Of a stretch of DNA of 64,000 nucleotides, positions 18,202 through 28,465 are shown one piece after another. A program made the translations under genes and the position numbers. This stretch comes from Candidatus Obscuribacteraceae bacterium (GTDB taxonomy: Bacteria > Cyanobacteriota > Vampirovibrionia > Obscuribacterales > Obscuribacteraceae): NCBI GenBank assembly GCA_044229845.1, contig JBGASG010000005.1, positions 349,078-413,077 on the forward strand, read 5' to 3'. Numbering within the stretch: position 1 is the stretch's first letter; the number at the start of each line of letters is the position of its first letter. The notes beneath the pieces were generated by a model that saw only the letters and a list, made by a program, of their open reading frames with translations, did no database searches and was not told where the DNA came from.

Positions 18202-18744
18202 TTAGAGTGGTGGTTCCTGGGTCAACAGAAGCTTGGCGCGTGTGCGTGCCACGGAGGCTTCCTCATCCTTGCCGAGCGCCGCCAACGCGTCGGACATCCC
18301 AATCCAGGCTTCTGCGTGTGACGGATCTATTTCCGCAGCGCGGGAAAACAGGTTTCTTGCCTGAGCAAACATGCCGGCATTAAAACGGTCGCGCGCCTTG
18401 CGGCAAACCATCAAGGCTCCGTCGCGCTTCATCTTGTCTTCGCTGACCGGCTGTTCCGGCGAATTGGCATTGAACCATTCGGTGAGCGCATCGTGCTTCG
18501 ATAGAAACTCCTGCAAACGCGCGTCGGTTGGTTTCACCTGATCGATGGTGGCATTTGGATCTCGCTTACGCGCCTCAGCCAGCCCCTCCATCAGTGCTTC
18601 TCGCAACGCGCCGGCAATCAAATCGAGCACGAAGTCCGGCATGCCCAGGAGGTTCTCCAGTCCCTCGGGTTCCATATGTTCCGCAAATCTGGCGCGGGCA
18701 TCTGGATTGTCTCGCAGTTCCATGAGAATTTCGCGGTACGACAT
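18202..18744 (-). CDS. TPR-containing hypothetical protein
   Basis: C-terminal TPR (AAEIDPSHAEAWIGMSDALAALG); start uncertain. Confidence 0.65.
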   Translation of the reverse strand: MSYREILMELRDNPDARARFAEHMEPEGLENLLGMPDFVLDLIAGALREALMEGLAEARKRDPNATIDQVKPTDARLQEFLSKHDALTEWFNANSPEQPVSEDKMKRDGALMVCRKARDRFNAGMFAQARNLFSRAAEIDPSHAEAWIGMSDALAALGKDEEASVARTRAKLLLTQEPPL

Positions 18745-18833
18745 CCGCTGTCGCTTAACGAAGTAATAGCGCGAGGGTGATGGACTGAGATAACGACCGA
18801 TAGGGGTAGAATTAGCCATAGAGGAATCATGCC

Positions 18834-19265
18834 ATGTCTGACGAAAACAATGCCGGAATAACAGGCTCCTGGTGGGGCAACTATTATTATTCCTCGGCTA
18901 CGAAAGCTTACGGCTTTGAGGCGGTGTTTGTCGACAGCAACGGCGCCCTCTCCGGCAACATCCTCGACATGGGCACGCTGGGTGAGGCAACCGTCACGGG
19001 GACGTTTTCGAGCCCGGTAGTCGGATTCACGAAGGTTTATTACAAGGGCGGTAACGCGCCTGTTAAGTACGACGGGACCATGTCCAGCGACGGCAAATCT
19101 ATGACGGGTACCTGGCAAATTCCGCCGACTGCACGCGGTAGCTGGATCGCCTGGCGTATCGATGAAGAAGAGGGTCCCGAAGACCTGACACTCGACGAAT
19201 CTGTTGATGAAGAAAAAGAGCGCGAGAAACAGCCCGTACGGCCGATGACCATGCCTGGACGCTAG
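18834..19265 (+). CDS. Hypothetical beta-rich protein
   Basis: GAGG RBS; GSWWGNY...MTGTW pattern with an acidic tail. Confidence 0.65.
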   Translation: MSDENNAGITGSWWGNYYYSSATKAYGFEAVFVDSNGALSGNILDMGTLGEATVTGTFSSPVVGFTKVYYKGGNAPVKYDGTMSSDGKSMTGTWQIPPTARGSWIAWRIDEEEGPEDLTLDESVDEEKEREKQPVRPMTMPGR

Positions 19266-19356
19266 CCGAGCGCAGGGCGGCGGTGGGTAGTCCTCTTCCA
19301 GGTCTTATCGTATAGATCAACATTGTCGCTGCCTGTGAATTATCAGCACTGGCTAG

Positions 19357-19944
19357 TTAGCAGGTCTGTGGGATGCTTTCGAGCAATTCTTTGGTGGCTT
19401 GCGCGTCGGTTATGCCGCGCAGCGCGTAAGACTTATCGCTGGTTGAGAGGCGCAAATACAGATCGGTGGTGCCATCTTTCTCTTCAACGAGATGGACCGA
19501 CGTTAGTTTCTTCAAATCGATCGAACCGATGACACCATTAGCCGGCAACGATACGCAAATCAAGCGCTGATTAGTGACCGCATACGCACGGCCATCCAGC
19601 GCTCTGAACATCGTCAGGTATGAAACAACCATGGCGACCAAAAAGAAAACTACAGTCACCAGCGGATGCGTATCACGGATTACCATAACTGTGGCGACTC
19701 CCAGAAGCAAGATAGCCAGCACCATCAAACCCACACCCGCCCACGACTTCTTAGCAAACTGCTCGCCATCCTGAACCAATCGCGTTATGCAGAGCCCAAC
19801 GCGGCTTGGCCAGAAGAGCTGGATGAACGGCAGACGCCTGCGATGTTCTTTGAACGTTGCCGACACCGTCTCGTCTGGTGCCAATGTGGTGGCAACCAGT
19901 TGATCGACTTTCGATTGTTCGACCGGTGTCAAGTCTGTTTGCAT
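19357..19944 (-). CDS. Hypothetical membrane protein (two TM plus PH-like YAVTNQR)
   Basis: Hydrophobic helix pair, GAGG RBS, operon packing. Confidence 0.6.
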   Translation of the reverse strand: MQTDLTPVEQSKVDQLVATTLAPDETVSATFKEHRRRLPFIQLFWPSRVGLCITRLVQDGEQFAKKSWAGVGLMVLAILLLGVATVMVIRDTHPLVTVVFFLVAMVVSYLTMFRALDGRAYAVTNQRLICVSLPANGVIGSIDLKKLTSVHLVEEKDGTTDLYLRLSTSDKSYALRGITDAQATKELLESIPQTC

Positions 19945-19956
19945 AAAACCTCGTAT

Positions 19957-20586
19957 TCAGACAACCAAGTCTACTACGACTGCGGGATTGGCCAAGTGAT
20001 ACCAGATGTCTACCGAAGCGGCATTCACAAATAATGTGTCGCCGTGCTGTTCCTGTCCATAGGCTTCATGAATATGCCCGAAGCAGTGAACGCGAGGCTG
20101 CACCTTGTCGACCCGCTCGCGCAGGTGTTCGCAGCCTACACGCGTCCCGAACTTCACCCGATCGAGAATGCCATGCGGTGGGCCATGGGTGATCAAAACA
20201 TCGACATCGTCAGGAATCCGGCGCCATTTGTCAGCTAGCTCGGCAGACTTGCGCGGCAAATTAAATGCCCATCGTCCGAAGGCGGGCTGCCAGGGACTGC
20301 CGTAGAGTTTTAAACCATCCACCTCAGTTCCTTCATCTTCCAGATAGGTGAATTGATTGAGAGCCTGGCGGGCAGCGTCTTGTTCGCGCTGAAACGGCCA
20401 GTCGTGGTTGCCGGCGACGACGATCTTGTGTTTGTGCGGCAGAGCCTGGAAGTCCTTGCGAAACTGCTCCACTTCAGGCATCGTGCCCGCACTGCAGAAA
20501 TCGCCGCAGTGAATCAGAATGTCGCCGTCCGGAACATCCATGCGGGACAAGAGATTGTGCGTGTCGCTGATGATTACCAGTCGCAT
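19957..20586 (-). CDS. Calcineurin-like metallophosphoesterase
   Basis: SDTH, HCGD, AGNHD, THGPP, FGHIH. Confidence 0.92.
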   Translation of the reverse strand: MRLVIISDTHNLLSRMDVPDGDILIHCGDFCSAGTMPEVEQFRKDFQALPHKHKIVVAGNHDWPFQREQDAARQALNQFTYLEDEGTEVDGLKLYGSPWQPAFGRWAFNLPRKSAELADKWRRIPDDVDVLITHGPPHGILDRVKFGTRVGCEHLRERVDKVQPRVHCFGHIHEAYGQEQHGDTLFVNAASVDIWYHLANPAVVVDLVV

Positions 20587-20601
20587 TGCAAGTTTGTCGC
20601 A

Positions 20602-21246
20602 TCAAAGCGAATCGTGGGTGTGTCGCAACTTGCGCAGCAACTGCGGCAAGCAGCAAATGATGGCACGGGCGGCCGGCGAAAGCGACTGGTGCAGCACCAC
20701 GTAATAAAGCTCGCTGGCGCCTTTCGGATGAATCTGCACGCTGCAGGTTTCTTTATTACGCTTGACGTCGCCGGAAATCTCAGAGTAGTGAAGTTTTCCG
20801 TCGGGGAGGGTGAATTCCAGGTCGACGCCATCGAGAAAAAACGTGGTGATCAGTCCTTCGTCCGAACGGAAGTCCCAGCCTTTGCGTTTGCCGGCGGCGG
20901 TCACTTCGGTAGTTTTCTCCAACCAGGTGCGGCGCTTGAGGTATTTGCAGTTGAAGACGATTTCGTAGCCGGCGCCGTAGAATATCGTTCCCGCTGCTTC
21001 TCCGTCTTCGGTGAGAGCGAGTGTATTCCATTCTGCTTCCGCAGGCAAAATCATGACGGTCAGGCAACTCTGCCGGTCGAGCCCGCCACGCCGCGACGCA
21101 CCCCAGACATCGTCAAGGCTGCGAGATGCCAGAAACCGATCGACTGCCTGGGCATGCCTTTGCCGGCGCAGCACATGCGCCACTCCCACCACCGCAAATC
21201 CGGTGAAGAGGGCGAAGACAATGATGATTATGTAGGCGCCTGTCAT
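20602..21246 (-). CDS. Hypothetical protein with N-terminal TM
   Basis: ATGA overlap with the upstream gene; TM anchor. Confidence 0.55.
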   Translation of the reverse strand: MTGAYIIIIVFALFTGFAVVGVAHVLRRQRHAQAVDRFLASRSLDDVWGASRRGGLDRQSCLTVMILPAEAEWNTLALTEDGEAAGTIFYGAGYEIVFNCKYLKRRTWLEKTTEVTAAGKRKGWDFRSDEGLITTFFLDGVDLEFTLPDGKLHYSEISGDVKRNKETCSVQIHPKGASELYYVVLHQSLSPAARAIICCLPQLLRKLRHTHDSL

Positions 21247-21605
21247 TCTTCTGGCGATTGACTGATCCGCAAAATGTGACCATCAGGGTGCTGAATGTGC
21301 ATTTCGCGCACACCCCACGGCTCGTCGGTGGGTGGCCATGTAATCTTGATACCCATCTTCAAGCAATGTGCGTAAATGGGATCGACGGCATCGACCCAGA
21401 TACTCATCCAGACGCCGTTTTCCCCACGTCCGCCCTGGTCGCCGTCGCAGAGGAAAATTTCGGCGCCGTCTTCAGCGCACACGGCTCCGAATGTCGGCGG
21501 CTCGCCCCAGTCGAATCCTCGCTTCCAACCCCATTTTTCAAACCAGGCAAAACTTTCTAAGACGCTGGAGACATTCAAAATCGGGGTGATGTGGCTTACT
21601 TTCAT
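21243..21605 (-). CDS. VOC/glyoxalase/bleomycin-resistance family protein
   Basis: ITPILNV, PTDEPWGVREMHIQHPDGH. Confidence 0.88.
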   Translation of the reverse strand: MKVSHITPILNVSSVLESFAWFEKWGWKRGFDWGEPPTFGAVCAEDGAEIFLCDGDQGGRGENGVWMSIWVDAVDPIYAHCLKMGIKITWPPTDEPWGVREMHIQHPDGHILRISQSPEE

Positions 21606-21790
21606 GGTTCAGTTAGATTCCTCCGGGCGGCGATCGGCGCCTCTGGCACCGGATGTGGTGGCATCTGCGAGTATGTCGGGCGCAGTCTATAGTTTTTGCT
21701 TGCCAAGGGCAAATTTTATGTTTGGAGCGATACGAACCCCATAGTTGGCTGGGCACGTATAAGTCTAGAACTTCCGGAGTAACGTTACCG

Positions 21791-22744
21791 ATGACAAAAT
21801 CCCCCGATGTCGCCCAGAAGACTGGTTGCAGGCTGGTAACCCGCAGCGACTTTGACGGTCTGGTGTGCGCTGTGCTGCTCAAGCACCTCAATATGATTGA
21901 CAACATCCTGTTTGTGCACCCGAAAGACATGCAGGACGGCAAAATCGAAATTACCGACAACGACATTACTACCAACTTGCCGTATGTCGATGGAGTGCAT
22001 CTGGCCTTCGACCACCACTCCAGTGAGATGTCTCGCAACAAGGATCACAAATCGAACCACATCATCGACCCGAAAGCCATGTCTGCTGCGCGCGTCGTGC
22101 ATGATTACTTCGGGGGAACCAGCGTATTTCCGACCCGCTGGAACGACATGATGGTCGCCGTGGATAAGGCTGATGCCGCGCAGTTTTCCAAGGAAGAGAT
22201 ACTCGAACCCAAAGACTGGGTGCTACTCAATTACTTGATGGACCCCCGCACCGGTCTGGGTCGTTTCCGCAATTTCCGCGTCTCGAACTACCAGCTGATG
22301 ATGGATCTCATCGATTACTGCAAAGACCACGACATCGGCGACATCATGAAAATGCCCGATGTGCAGGAGCGCGTCGATCTCTACTTCGAGCAAGCCGAGA
22401 AGTTCAAAGAGCAAGTGAAGCGCTGTTCGCAGATTCACAAGAACTTGATTGTACTGAAGCTCAAAGATGAAGAAACGATCCATGCCGGCAACCGCTTCAT
22501 GATTTATGCCCTCTATCCTGATATCAACATCTCCATCCACGAAATGTGGGGACTGAAGAATCAGAACACCGTCTACGCGATCGGTAAGTCGATCGTCAAT
22601 CGCAGTTCTAAAACCAACATCGGCGAACTGTGCCTGAAGTACGGCGGCGGCGGTCACGAAAATGCCGGCACCTGCCAGATCGACAACGATAAGGCTGACG
22701 GTGTGCTCAAAGAACTGATTGAAAAGATCACTGCCGACGGCTAA
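21791..22744 (+). CDS. DHH/DHHA1 phosphoesterase (exopolyphosphatase-like/nanoRNase family)
   Basis: RLVTRSDFDG, FDHH, YGGGGH. Confidence 0.88.
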   Translation: MTKSPDVAQKTGCRLVTRSDFDGLVCAVLLKHLNMIDNILFVHPKDMQDGKIEITDNDITTNLPYVDGVHLAFDHHSSEMSRNKDHKSNHIIDPKAMSAARVVHDYFGGTSVFPTRWNDMMVAVDKADAAQFSKEEILEPKDWVLLNYLMDPRTGLGRFRNFRVSNYQLMMDLIDYCKDHDIGDIMKMPDVQERVDLYFEQAEKFKEQVKRCSQIHKNLIVLKLKDEETIHAGNRFMIYALYPDINISIHEMWGLKNQNTVYAIGKSIVNRSSKTNIGELCLKYGGGGHENAGTCQIDNDKADGVLKELIEKITADG

Positions 22745-22755
22745 GACGAGCGGCG

Positions 22756-23703
22756 ATGACATTTGATCAATCAAACACTCTTAAAAGGAAAGCGGCTCTT
22801 GGAGCCGCTTTCCTGTACTTTTTGCTGGTCTGCACACCAGCACTGGCAGCTGAGAGTTTCGAAGAATTGATGGCAGGCGCTGACGCTGCATACTCGAAGG
22901 GAAAGTATGTCGACGCGATCAATGGCTATCGCAAGGCGTTGGCGGAAGCAGAGAAATCAGGGGACAAGCAGAATATCGGGTTAGTGCTGTCAGACATCTC
23001 CTATGTCTCGGTGCTGGTCGGCACTTATTCAGAAGGTGTCACTGCTGCCGAGCGCGGCATAGCGATCAGCAAGGAAACTAAAGACGAGAAACGGCAAGCT
23101 ACCTTTCTGGTCAACCTGGCCAATCTTGTCGGCGCACAGGGAGATTTGAACTCTGCCCTCAATTACGCCAAGGAGGCGGTTGAGATACGCGAGCGCATCT
23201 TGAAGCCGAACGATGCGTCTCTGGCGCAGGCGTACAACGACTTGGCGGGCAACTACATGCATCTGCGCAAAGTCACAGAGGCTGAAACCAACTACAAGCG
23301 CGCCTTGAAGATCTACGAGGACAACGGCGACCCTCGTGCCGCGGCATGTTATTCCAATCTCTCGTTAGTGTGCGTTGAACAGGGCAAAGGAGACGAAGCC
23401 GAGCAACTGGCGCAGAAAGCGCTGGCAATCGATGAGAAGAACAAGGGACCAGATCATCCGTGGGTAGCTGCGGACGCAGCGGCACTGGCAACTATCTATT
23501 TTGCGCAGGGCAAGTATACTCAGGTTGAACCCCTGATCAAACGTGCGCTCGCCATTGAAGAAAAGGCAGCTGGACCACAGAGCGAAGGTCTAGCAGAGAT
23601 GCTCGATATCTACTCTCAAACACTCGCCAAGCTGGGGCGGCAGAACGAGTCTAAAGAGTGTGCGGTGCGTGCCAATTCAATTCGGACAAATCTGCAGCAT
23701 TGA
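22756..23703 (+). CDS. Secreted TPR protein
   Basis: Signal peptide (ALA-A); kinesin-light-chain-type TPRs (GPDHPWVA, RALAIEEK). Confidence 0.85.
   Translation: MTFDQSNTLKRKAALGAAFLYFLLVCTPALAAESFEELMAGADAAYSKGKYVDAINGYRKALAEAEKSGDKQNIGLVLSDISYVSVLVGTYSEGVTAAERGIAISKETKDEKRQATFLVNLANLVGAQGDLNSALNYAKEAVEIRERILKPNDASLAQAYNDLAGNYMHLRKVTEAETNYKRALKIYEDNGDPRAAACYSNLSLVCVEQGKGDEAEQLAQKALAIDEKNKGPDHPWVAADAAALATIYFAQGKYTQVEPLIKRALAIEEKAAGPQSEGLAEMLDIYSQTLAKLGRQNESKECAVRANSIRTNLQH
22786..22822 (+). terminator. Intrinsic terminator-like hairpin downstream of the DHH gene
   Basis: Perfect 13-bp stem AGGAAAGCGGCTC-ttg-GAGCCGCTTTCCT followed by GTACTTTT. Confidence 0.55.
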
Positions 23704-24339
23704 AGCTGTTTCTTCCTGCAACTCATATGACGCAATGACGCGGTGCAGCCCGTCGAAAATCAACACATAGCTGATTCCCTGCAGCAAGTATTGCCACATT
23801 GGTGCCATCGCGTCCGACGACAAAGTGTCGGAGGACATGGCGGTTACAAGCTGCGATGCAAATATAAACAACACACTGCAGACTACCGGCATCAGCAGTC
23901 CGACGGAGAATTCGAAGCCGGACAGCAGCGCATTTCGAACGTGGTGGCGCGGTCCGGAGATATTAAATGCAAGCAGTATGCAGGCTGGCAACCCGGCAAG
24001 GAACGGCATCAGAATACCCAACTCGCCCAGGAAGTGCATCTGGTGGAACGCGATAGTCGGCAGCAGCGCGATTCCCAGCCCGCTGGCTAAGATCAAGCAC
24101 AGCGATAACCAGATGGTGACTGTGCGGACGGGATTCGGGATAAGAGACTTTCGCTGCTGCGACAGCTTAACGACCAGTCCAGCCCAATAGACCAGCGGCA
24201 AGAACGAACAGAATGACGCAATCGACGCCCAGACCGCGACCAACAGCAAACTCGCCAGTTGTGCAACGATGACACGATAGCGCAGGGACCGCAACCCTGC
24301 TCTATCGAGCGAGCCTGTGACTTGTGTGAACTGCATCAT
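23677..24339 (-). CDS. Hypothetical multi-pass membrane protein
   Basis: About 6 hydrophobic segments. Confidence 0.55.
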   Translation of the reverse strand: MMQFTQVTGSLDRAGLRSLRYRVIVAQLASLLLVAVWASIASFCSFLPLVYWAGLVVKLSQQRKSLIPNPVRTVTIWLSLCLILASGLGIALLPTIAFHQMHFLGELGILMPFLAGLPACILLAFNISGPRHHVRNALLSGFEFSVGLLMPVVCSVLFIFASQLVTAMSSDTLSSDAMAPMWQYLLQGISYVLIFDGLHRVIASYELQEETASMLQICPN

Positions 24340-24380
24340 GTAGTTCCACTATACCCCCTCCACCGATTTAATGAAGAGTC

Positions 24381-26144
24381 TTAAACGGAACGCGGACGTT
24401 CGAACTGTGCGGCCAGAAGGCGCGAGTAGGACCCGTCGGCGGCTGACAGTTCATCGTGGGACCCCGTCTCGACGATGGAGCCATTTTCGAGAACGATGAT
24501 TTGATCGGCGTGGCGGACGGTGGAGAGACGGTGAGCGATGACGATCACGGTACGTCCTTCCATCAGTTTATTGAGCGCGGACTGCACCATGGCCTCCGAT
24601 TCGTTATCTAGAGAGCTGGTGGCTTCATCGAGAATGATCACCGGTGCGTTTTTCAAGAAAGCGCGCGCGATAGACAATCTTTGTTGCTGTCCGCCAGACA
24701 GGCGAATGCCGCGCTCACCGATAACGGTTTGATAGCCGGCAGGAAACTCTTGAATAAAGTCATGGCAGTAAGCTGCCTTCGCCGCTTCTTCGATTTCGGC
24801 GCGGGTGGCTCCCAGTTTGCCCAGAGCGATGTTCTCTTGAATGGTGGTATTGAAGAGGAAATTATCCTGCGTGACCATGGCGATCTGATCGCGCAGCGAT
24901 GCCAGTGTGAAGTCGCGCACCGGCGATCCGTCTATTTGCACTGCACCGCCGGTGACGTCGTAGAAACGCGGAATCAGGTGAATCATCGTGCTCTTGCCGG
25001 AGCCGGACAAGCCAACCAGTGCCACCATGCGCCCGGCGGGAATGTCAAAACTGATATCGCGCAGCACCATTTGCGGTGCACGTTCGTCACCGACCGTCGG
25101 ATAGTGGAAGAACACGTTTTTGAACGCAATCGAATGCGAGCCGGGCGCCAATTCGCGGGCGCCGGGCAGATCAGTCAGTTCCGCCTGCCGATCGAGAACG
25201 TCGAACACTCGATTGGCGGCAGCCAGGGCCGGCTGAATGACACCATTGATGCGACCGATGTTTTTGATCGGCGAGTAGAGCAGCAGCAGGGCGATGACGA
25301 ATGAGGTCAGTGAACCGACGGTCATCTGGTGATGTGTCACCTGATAGCCGGCCACCCAGATCACAGCCGCTATACCGATAGCGCCAATCATGGCCAATAT
25401 CGGTGAGAGCATGGCTTCGTGGCGGATTGCCTTGGTCGTATTTGCAAAAAATGCCTGGTTGGTCTTCATGAAACGGTCGATCTGAAAACCTTGCAAGTTG
25501 AACGATTGAACGACCTTGGCGCCCTGGATCGATTCAGAAATCACCGCCACCAGATCGCCGACATTTTCCTGGCTGCTGCGGCTCGACTTGCGAATCTTCT
25601 TGCCGAAGATACTGACGGGAATGACGATCAACGAAAGGATTGCCACCGCGATCAAACTCAGTTTCCAGCTGAATGTCTGCGAAATGGCGTTTTCGATGAT
25701 GCCGATATCGTTAATCATGCGCCCGATCAAAATGCCGGATGACTGCGACTGGAAGAAGAGCAGCGGCTGTTTCTCAATGTGCTGGAAGACTTCATTGCGT
25801 AAATCGCGGATGGCAGCGCCGCCGACATAGCGCACGGTGAATGCTTCTAAGAAACGGAAGAAACCTTGCAGTGCCGCAATTGCCAGCACCACCAGCGGAA
25901 CATAGTAGATCAGCCCCTGGTTTCCCTCTATAAAAATCCATTGCAAGCCGCGACCGGCAAGCCAGGCAATCGCCGCGTCCATGCCTCCGGAAGGCAAAGC
26001 GGCGAGCATACCGACAGCGAACGGCACCCAATATGGCTTGATGTATTGGAGCAAACGTCCATACAACTGCCACTGAGTCGCCTGCGGTTTGCTGTCCGCT
26101 GTTGCGACTTCATCACGTGGTAGCGTCTTTGGTGCCACTGTCAA
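24381..26144 (-). CDS. msbA: Lipid A export ABC transporter MsbA-like (apparent TM3 deletion)
   Basis: GLSGSGKS, LSGGQQQR, ILDEATS, IAHRLST; coupled to lpxB. Confidence 0.85.
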   Translation of the reverse strand: MTVAPKTLPRDEVATADSKPQATQWQLYGRLLQYIKPYWVPFAVGMLAALPSGGMDAAIAWLAGRGLQWIFIEGNQGLIYYVPLVVLAIAALQGFFRFLEAFTVRYVGGAAIRDLRNEVFQHIEKQPLLFFQSQSSGILIGRMINDIGIIENAISQTFSWKLSLIAVAILSLIVIPVSIFGKKIRKSSRSSQENVGDLVAVISESIQGAKVVQSFNLQGFQIDRFMKTNQAFFANTTKAIRHEAMLSPILAMIGAIGIAAVIWVAGYQVTHHQMTVGSLTSFVIALLLLYSPIKNIGRINGVIQPALAAANRVFDVLDRQAELTDLPGARELAPGSHSIAFKNVFFHYPTVGDERAPQMVLRDISFDIPAGRMVALVGLSGSGKSTMIHLIPRFYDVTGGAVQIDGSPVRDFTLASLRDQIAMVTQDNFLFNTTIQENIALGKLGATRAEIEEAAKAAYCHDFIQEFPAGYQTVIGERGIRLSGGQQQRLSIARAFLKNAPVIILDEATSSLDNESEAMVQSALNKLMEGRTVIVIAHRLSTVRHADQIIVLENGSIVETGSHDELSAADGSYSRLLAAQFERPRSV

Positions 26145-27382
26145 ACCGTTGTCTTCGCTCCTGCTTCGGCTCCGTTAATCACAGCCAGGACTTCCTGCGC
26201 CGCGACATCATCGAATTTGGTAGAACCTAATTGCTCGTGGATTTTGCCGAGTTTCTCCACGGTCGATTGGCGCGCCCCGGGCACTTCCAGCCAGTCGCGG
26301 GTATATTTTACGAACAGTTCCGCTCGACAATCCAGTTGGAAAAGTTCAGGAACCACGCCGCCTGTGAGCAAATTCGGCAAGCCAATCCAGCGCACCCTCT
26401 TGAAAAGCAGCACCAGCAGATAGCTGGGCCAGTCGGCGCGATAGAAGATCAGCATCGGCTTCTTCATTAAACCGGCTTCAAGTGTCGTGGTTCCGGACTT
26501 TGCCCAGACGATGTCCGCTGCCGCCATCAGGTCGCTGCTGTCGCCAACATGCGCCACCTTGAGTTGCGAGCCGCTGCGCGGTCCGTACTTAATAATCAGT
26601 TCTGTGAGGCGTTCAGAAAATTTGTCGTTGGCTTGCGATATCACAAACTGCACATCAGGAAGGTCGCGAGACAACCAGCTGATCGCCTGCATGGCGGGCG
26701 GCACGTTGTCTTCAATCTCTCGCCTGCGACTGCCGGGAAAAACGCCGACCAGAGGTTTCGTCTGGTCGAGATGGTACTTCTCGCAGATCTGTTCACGTTT
26801 CTTCTGATAGTCGATGGAGTCGAATTGGCTGGCCAACGGGTGTCCGACAAACTTGGCGGGAATGCCGCGCGTCTTGTACCAGGTTTCTTCGAACGGAAAA
26901 ATGACCAGCATCCTGTCGATTACTTTGCCGATGGTCTTAGCGCGCCAGGGGCGAGAACCCCATACTTGGGGCGAAATCAAGAAAATGATTTGCATCTTGG
27001 GCAAACGTTTTTTGATCATCTTCGCCAGCGAGAGATGAAATCCGCCGTAGTCTATTAAAAGCACGGCATCCGGTTGGCGCTCGGCGATTAGATCAACGAG
27101 AGCCTTGCGCAATGCCGCCAGACGCGGGAGATGCTTGATCACATTGGCGATGCCGAACGTGGAGTAGTTCTCAAAATTGACTTCGACACGCATGCCTGCA
27201 TCTTCCATCCTCTGGCTGCCCATGCCCCAGATGTCGATGCCCGGTTCTAATTGACGCAACTTGCCGATCACGCGCGTAGCGTGAATGGAAGCTGAATGAT
27301 CGCCCACGGAGAGAAACAGCTGCTTGCCGCGAACAGGCAGCGCCGTCTTTTCGCCACTATCTGTTGATGACGGTACCGACAT
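26141..27382 (-). CDS. lpxB: Lipid-A-disaccharide synthase
   Basis: GDHSA, LIDYGGF, SPQVW, IFPFE, FVGHPL, FPGSR..EI, KSGTTTLE, IGLPNLL. Confidence 0.93.
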   Translation of the reverse strand: MSVPSSTDSGEKTALPVRGKQLFLSVGDHSASIHATRVIGKLRQLEPGIDIWGMGSQRMEDAGMRVEVNFENYSTFGIANVIKHLPRLAALRKALVDLIAERQPDAVLLIDYGGFHLSLAKMIKKRLPKMQIIFLISPQVWGSRPWRAKTIGKVIDRMLVIFPFEETWYKTRGIPAKFVGHPLASQFDSIDYQKKREQICEKYHLDQTKPLVGVFPGSRRREIEDNVPPAMQAISWLSRDLPDVQFVISQANDKFSERLTELIIKYGPRSGSQLKVAHVGDSSDLMAAADIVWAKSGTTTLEAGLMKKPMLIFYRADWPSYLLVLLFKRVRWIGLPNLLTGGVVPELFQLDCRAELFVKYTRDWLEVPGARQSTVEKLGKIHEQLGSTKFDDVAAQEVLAVINGAEAGAKTTV

Positions 27383-28112
27383 GCAGTGCAACCGAACCGA
27401 GAGCCAGCGGAATATGCCGTACATTGCTAAGCCCTGCCTGTTCGAACATGGCGGTCAACTTAGCGGGTGTGGGATATGTGTTCAATGATTCAGGCAAATA
27501 GGTATAGGCGCTGCGGTCGTTTTGCAAAACCGAGCCGATCATCGGCACTACATGCCTGAAATAAAGTTTGAATGCGGGCGCGAACACAGGCGTGGTGCTG
27601 TGCCCGAGATCAAGGTTGATTACCAGACCACCGGGTTTGACGACGCGCGCCATCTCATTCAGTCCGGCTTGCAAATCGGTGAGATTGCGCAGACCGAAAC
27701 TGATTACTGCACCATCGAAAGTGGCATCGACGAAAGGCAGTGCCTGCGCATCGCCCTGAATGAAATCGACGCCACAGCTGAAGTCGTTGCGCGTTTTAGC
27801 TTGTTGCAGGCGGCGCTCCGCCACCTCCAGCATGCCGCTCGAAAAGTCCAGGCCGACCACTTCGGCTTTCTCCGTCAGGCGCGCCGCCAGCGAAAGTGCC
27901 AGGTCGCCGGTGCCGCAGCAAACATCCAGATATTTGCCGTCAGCACCAGATGTGGTGCGCATCAATTCGGTGAGCGTGCGCGACTTCCAGCTGCGATGCA
28001 TGCCCATGCTGATCGCGTCGTTGGTCAGGTCGTATCCGCGCGCGATGCGATCAAACTGTTTCTCGACGTAAGCAGCTTTGTCTTCGCGTGTGGGCAATTG
28101 AAATGATGGCAT
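27357..28112 (-). CDS. menG: UbiE/MenG quinone C-methyltransferase
   Basis: FDRIA..YD..N..IS.G.H..WK, LDVCCGTGD, FGLRN, RVVKPGG, AYTYLPES. Confidence 0.88.
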   Translation of the reverse strand: MPSFQLPTREDKAAYVEKQFDRIARGYDLTNDAISMGMHRSWKSRTLTELMRTTSGADGKYLDVCCGTGDLALSLAARLTEKAEVVGLDFSSGMLEVAERRLQQAKTRNDFSCGVDFIQGDAQALPFVDATFDGAVISFGLRNLTDLQAGLNEMARVVKPGGLVINLDLGHSTTPVFAPAFKLYFRHVVPMIGSVLQNDRSAYTYLPESLNTYPTPAKLTAMFEQAGLSNVRHIPLALGSVALHVGTVINR

Positions 28113-28113
28113 A

Positions 28114-28350
28114 TCAGGGTCTGACGAAGCCGAATCCAAGAATCGTGCAGACGGTGAGGAAGAGCCCCACTATCGTCCAGGTGAGCTTGTCGAGCCCGGC
28201 TTCGGCGCCGCGCTTGCCGGAAAACATGACGGCCATGCCGCCGATACCGCCCATGCCTTCGGCTTTGGGAGCATGCAACAAAATCATGCCGATCAGCACC
28301 AGTCCGAGCAGGCAGGTGACGATGAGCAGAGCTATGTAAACCGGGTTCAT
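28114..28350 (-). CDS. secG: Preprotein translocase subunit SecG
   Basis: Two TM with LLHAPKAEGMGGIGG and LDKLTW. Confidence 0.9.
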   Translation of the reverse strand: MNPVYIALLIVTCLLGLVLIGMILLHAPKAEGMGGIGGMAVMFSGKRGAEAGLDKLTWTIVGLFLTVCTILGFGFVRP

Positions 28351-28465
28351 TGATGCCTCGATGCAAAGGTCGCAAAACAGGCATTATATCGCGTATTCAT
28401 AATCTGCCTGCGCCCTCTGAGTAGCCTTTAAAGATTGATGTCCTCTTTCCCATCAAATTCGCGAA

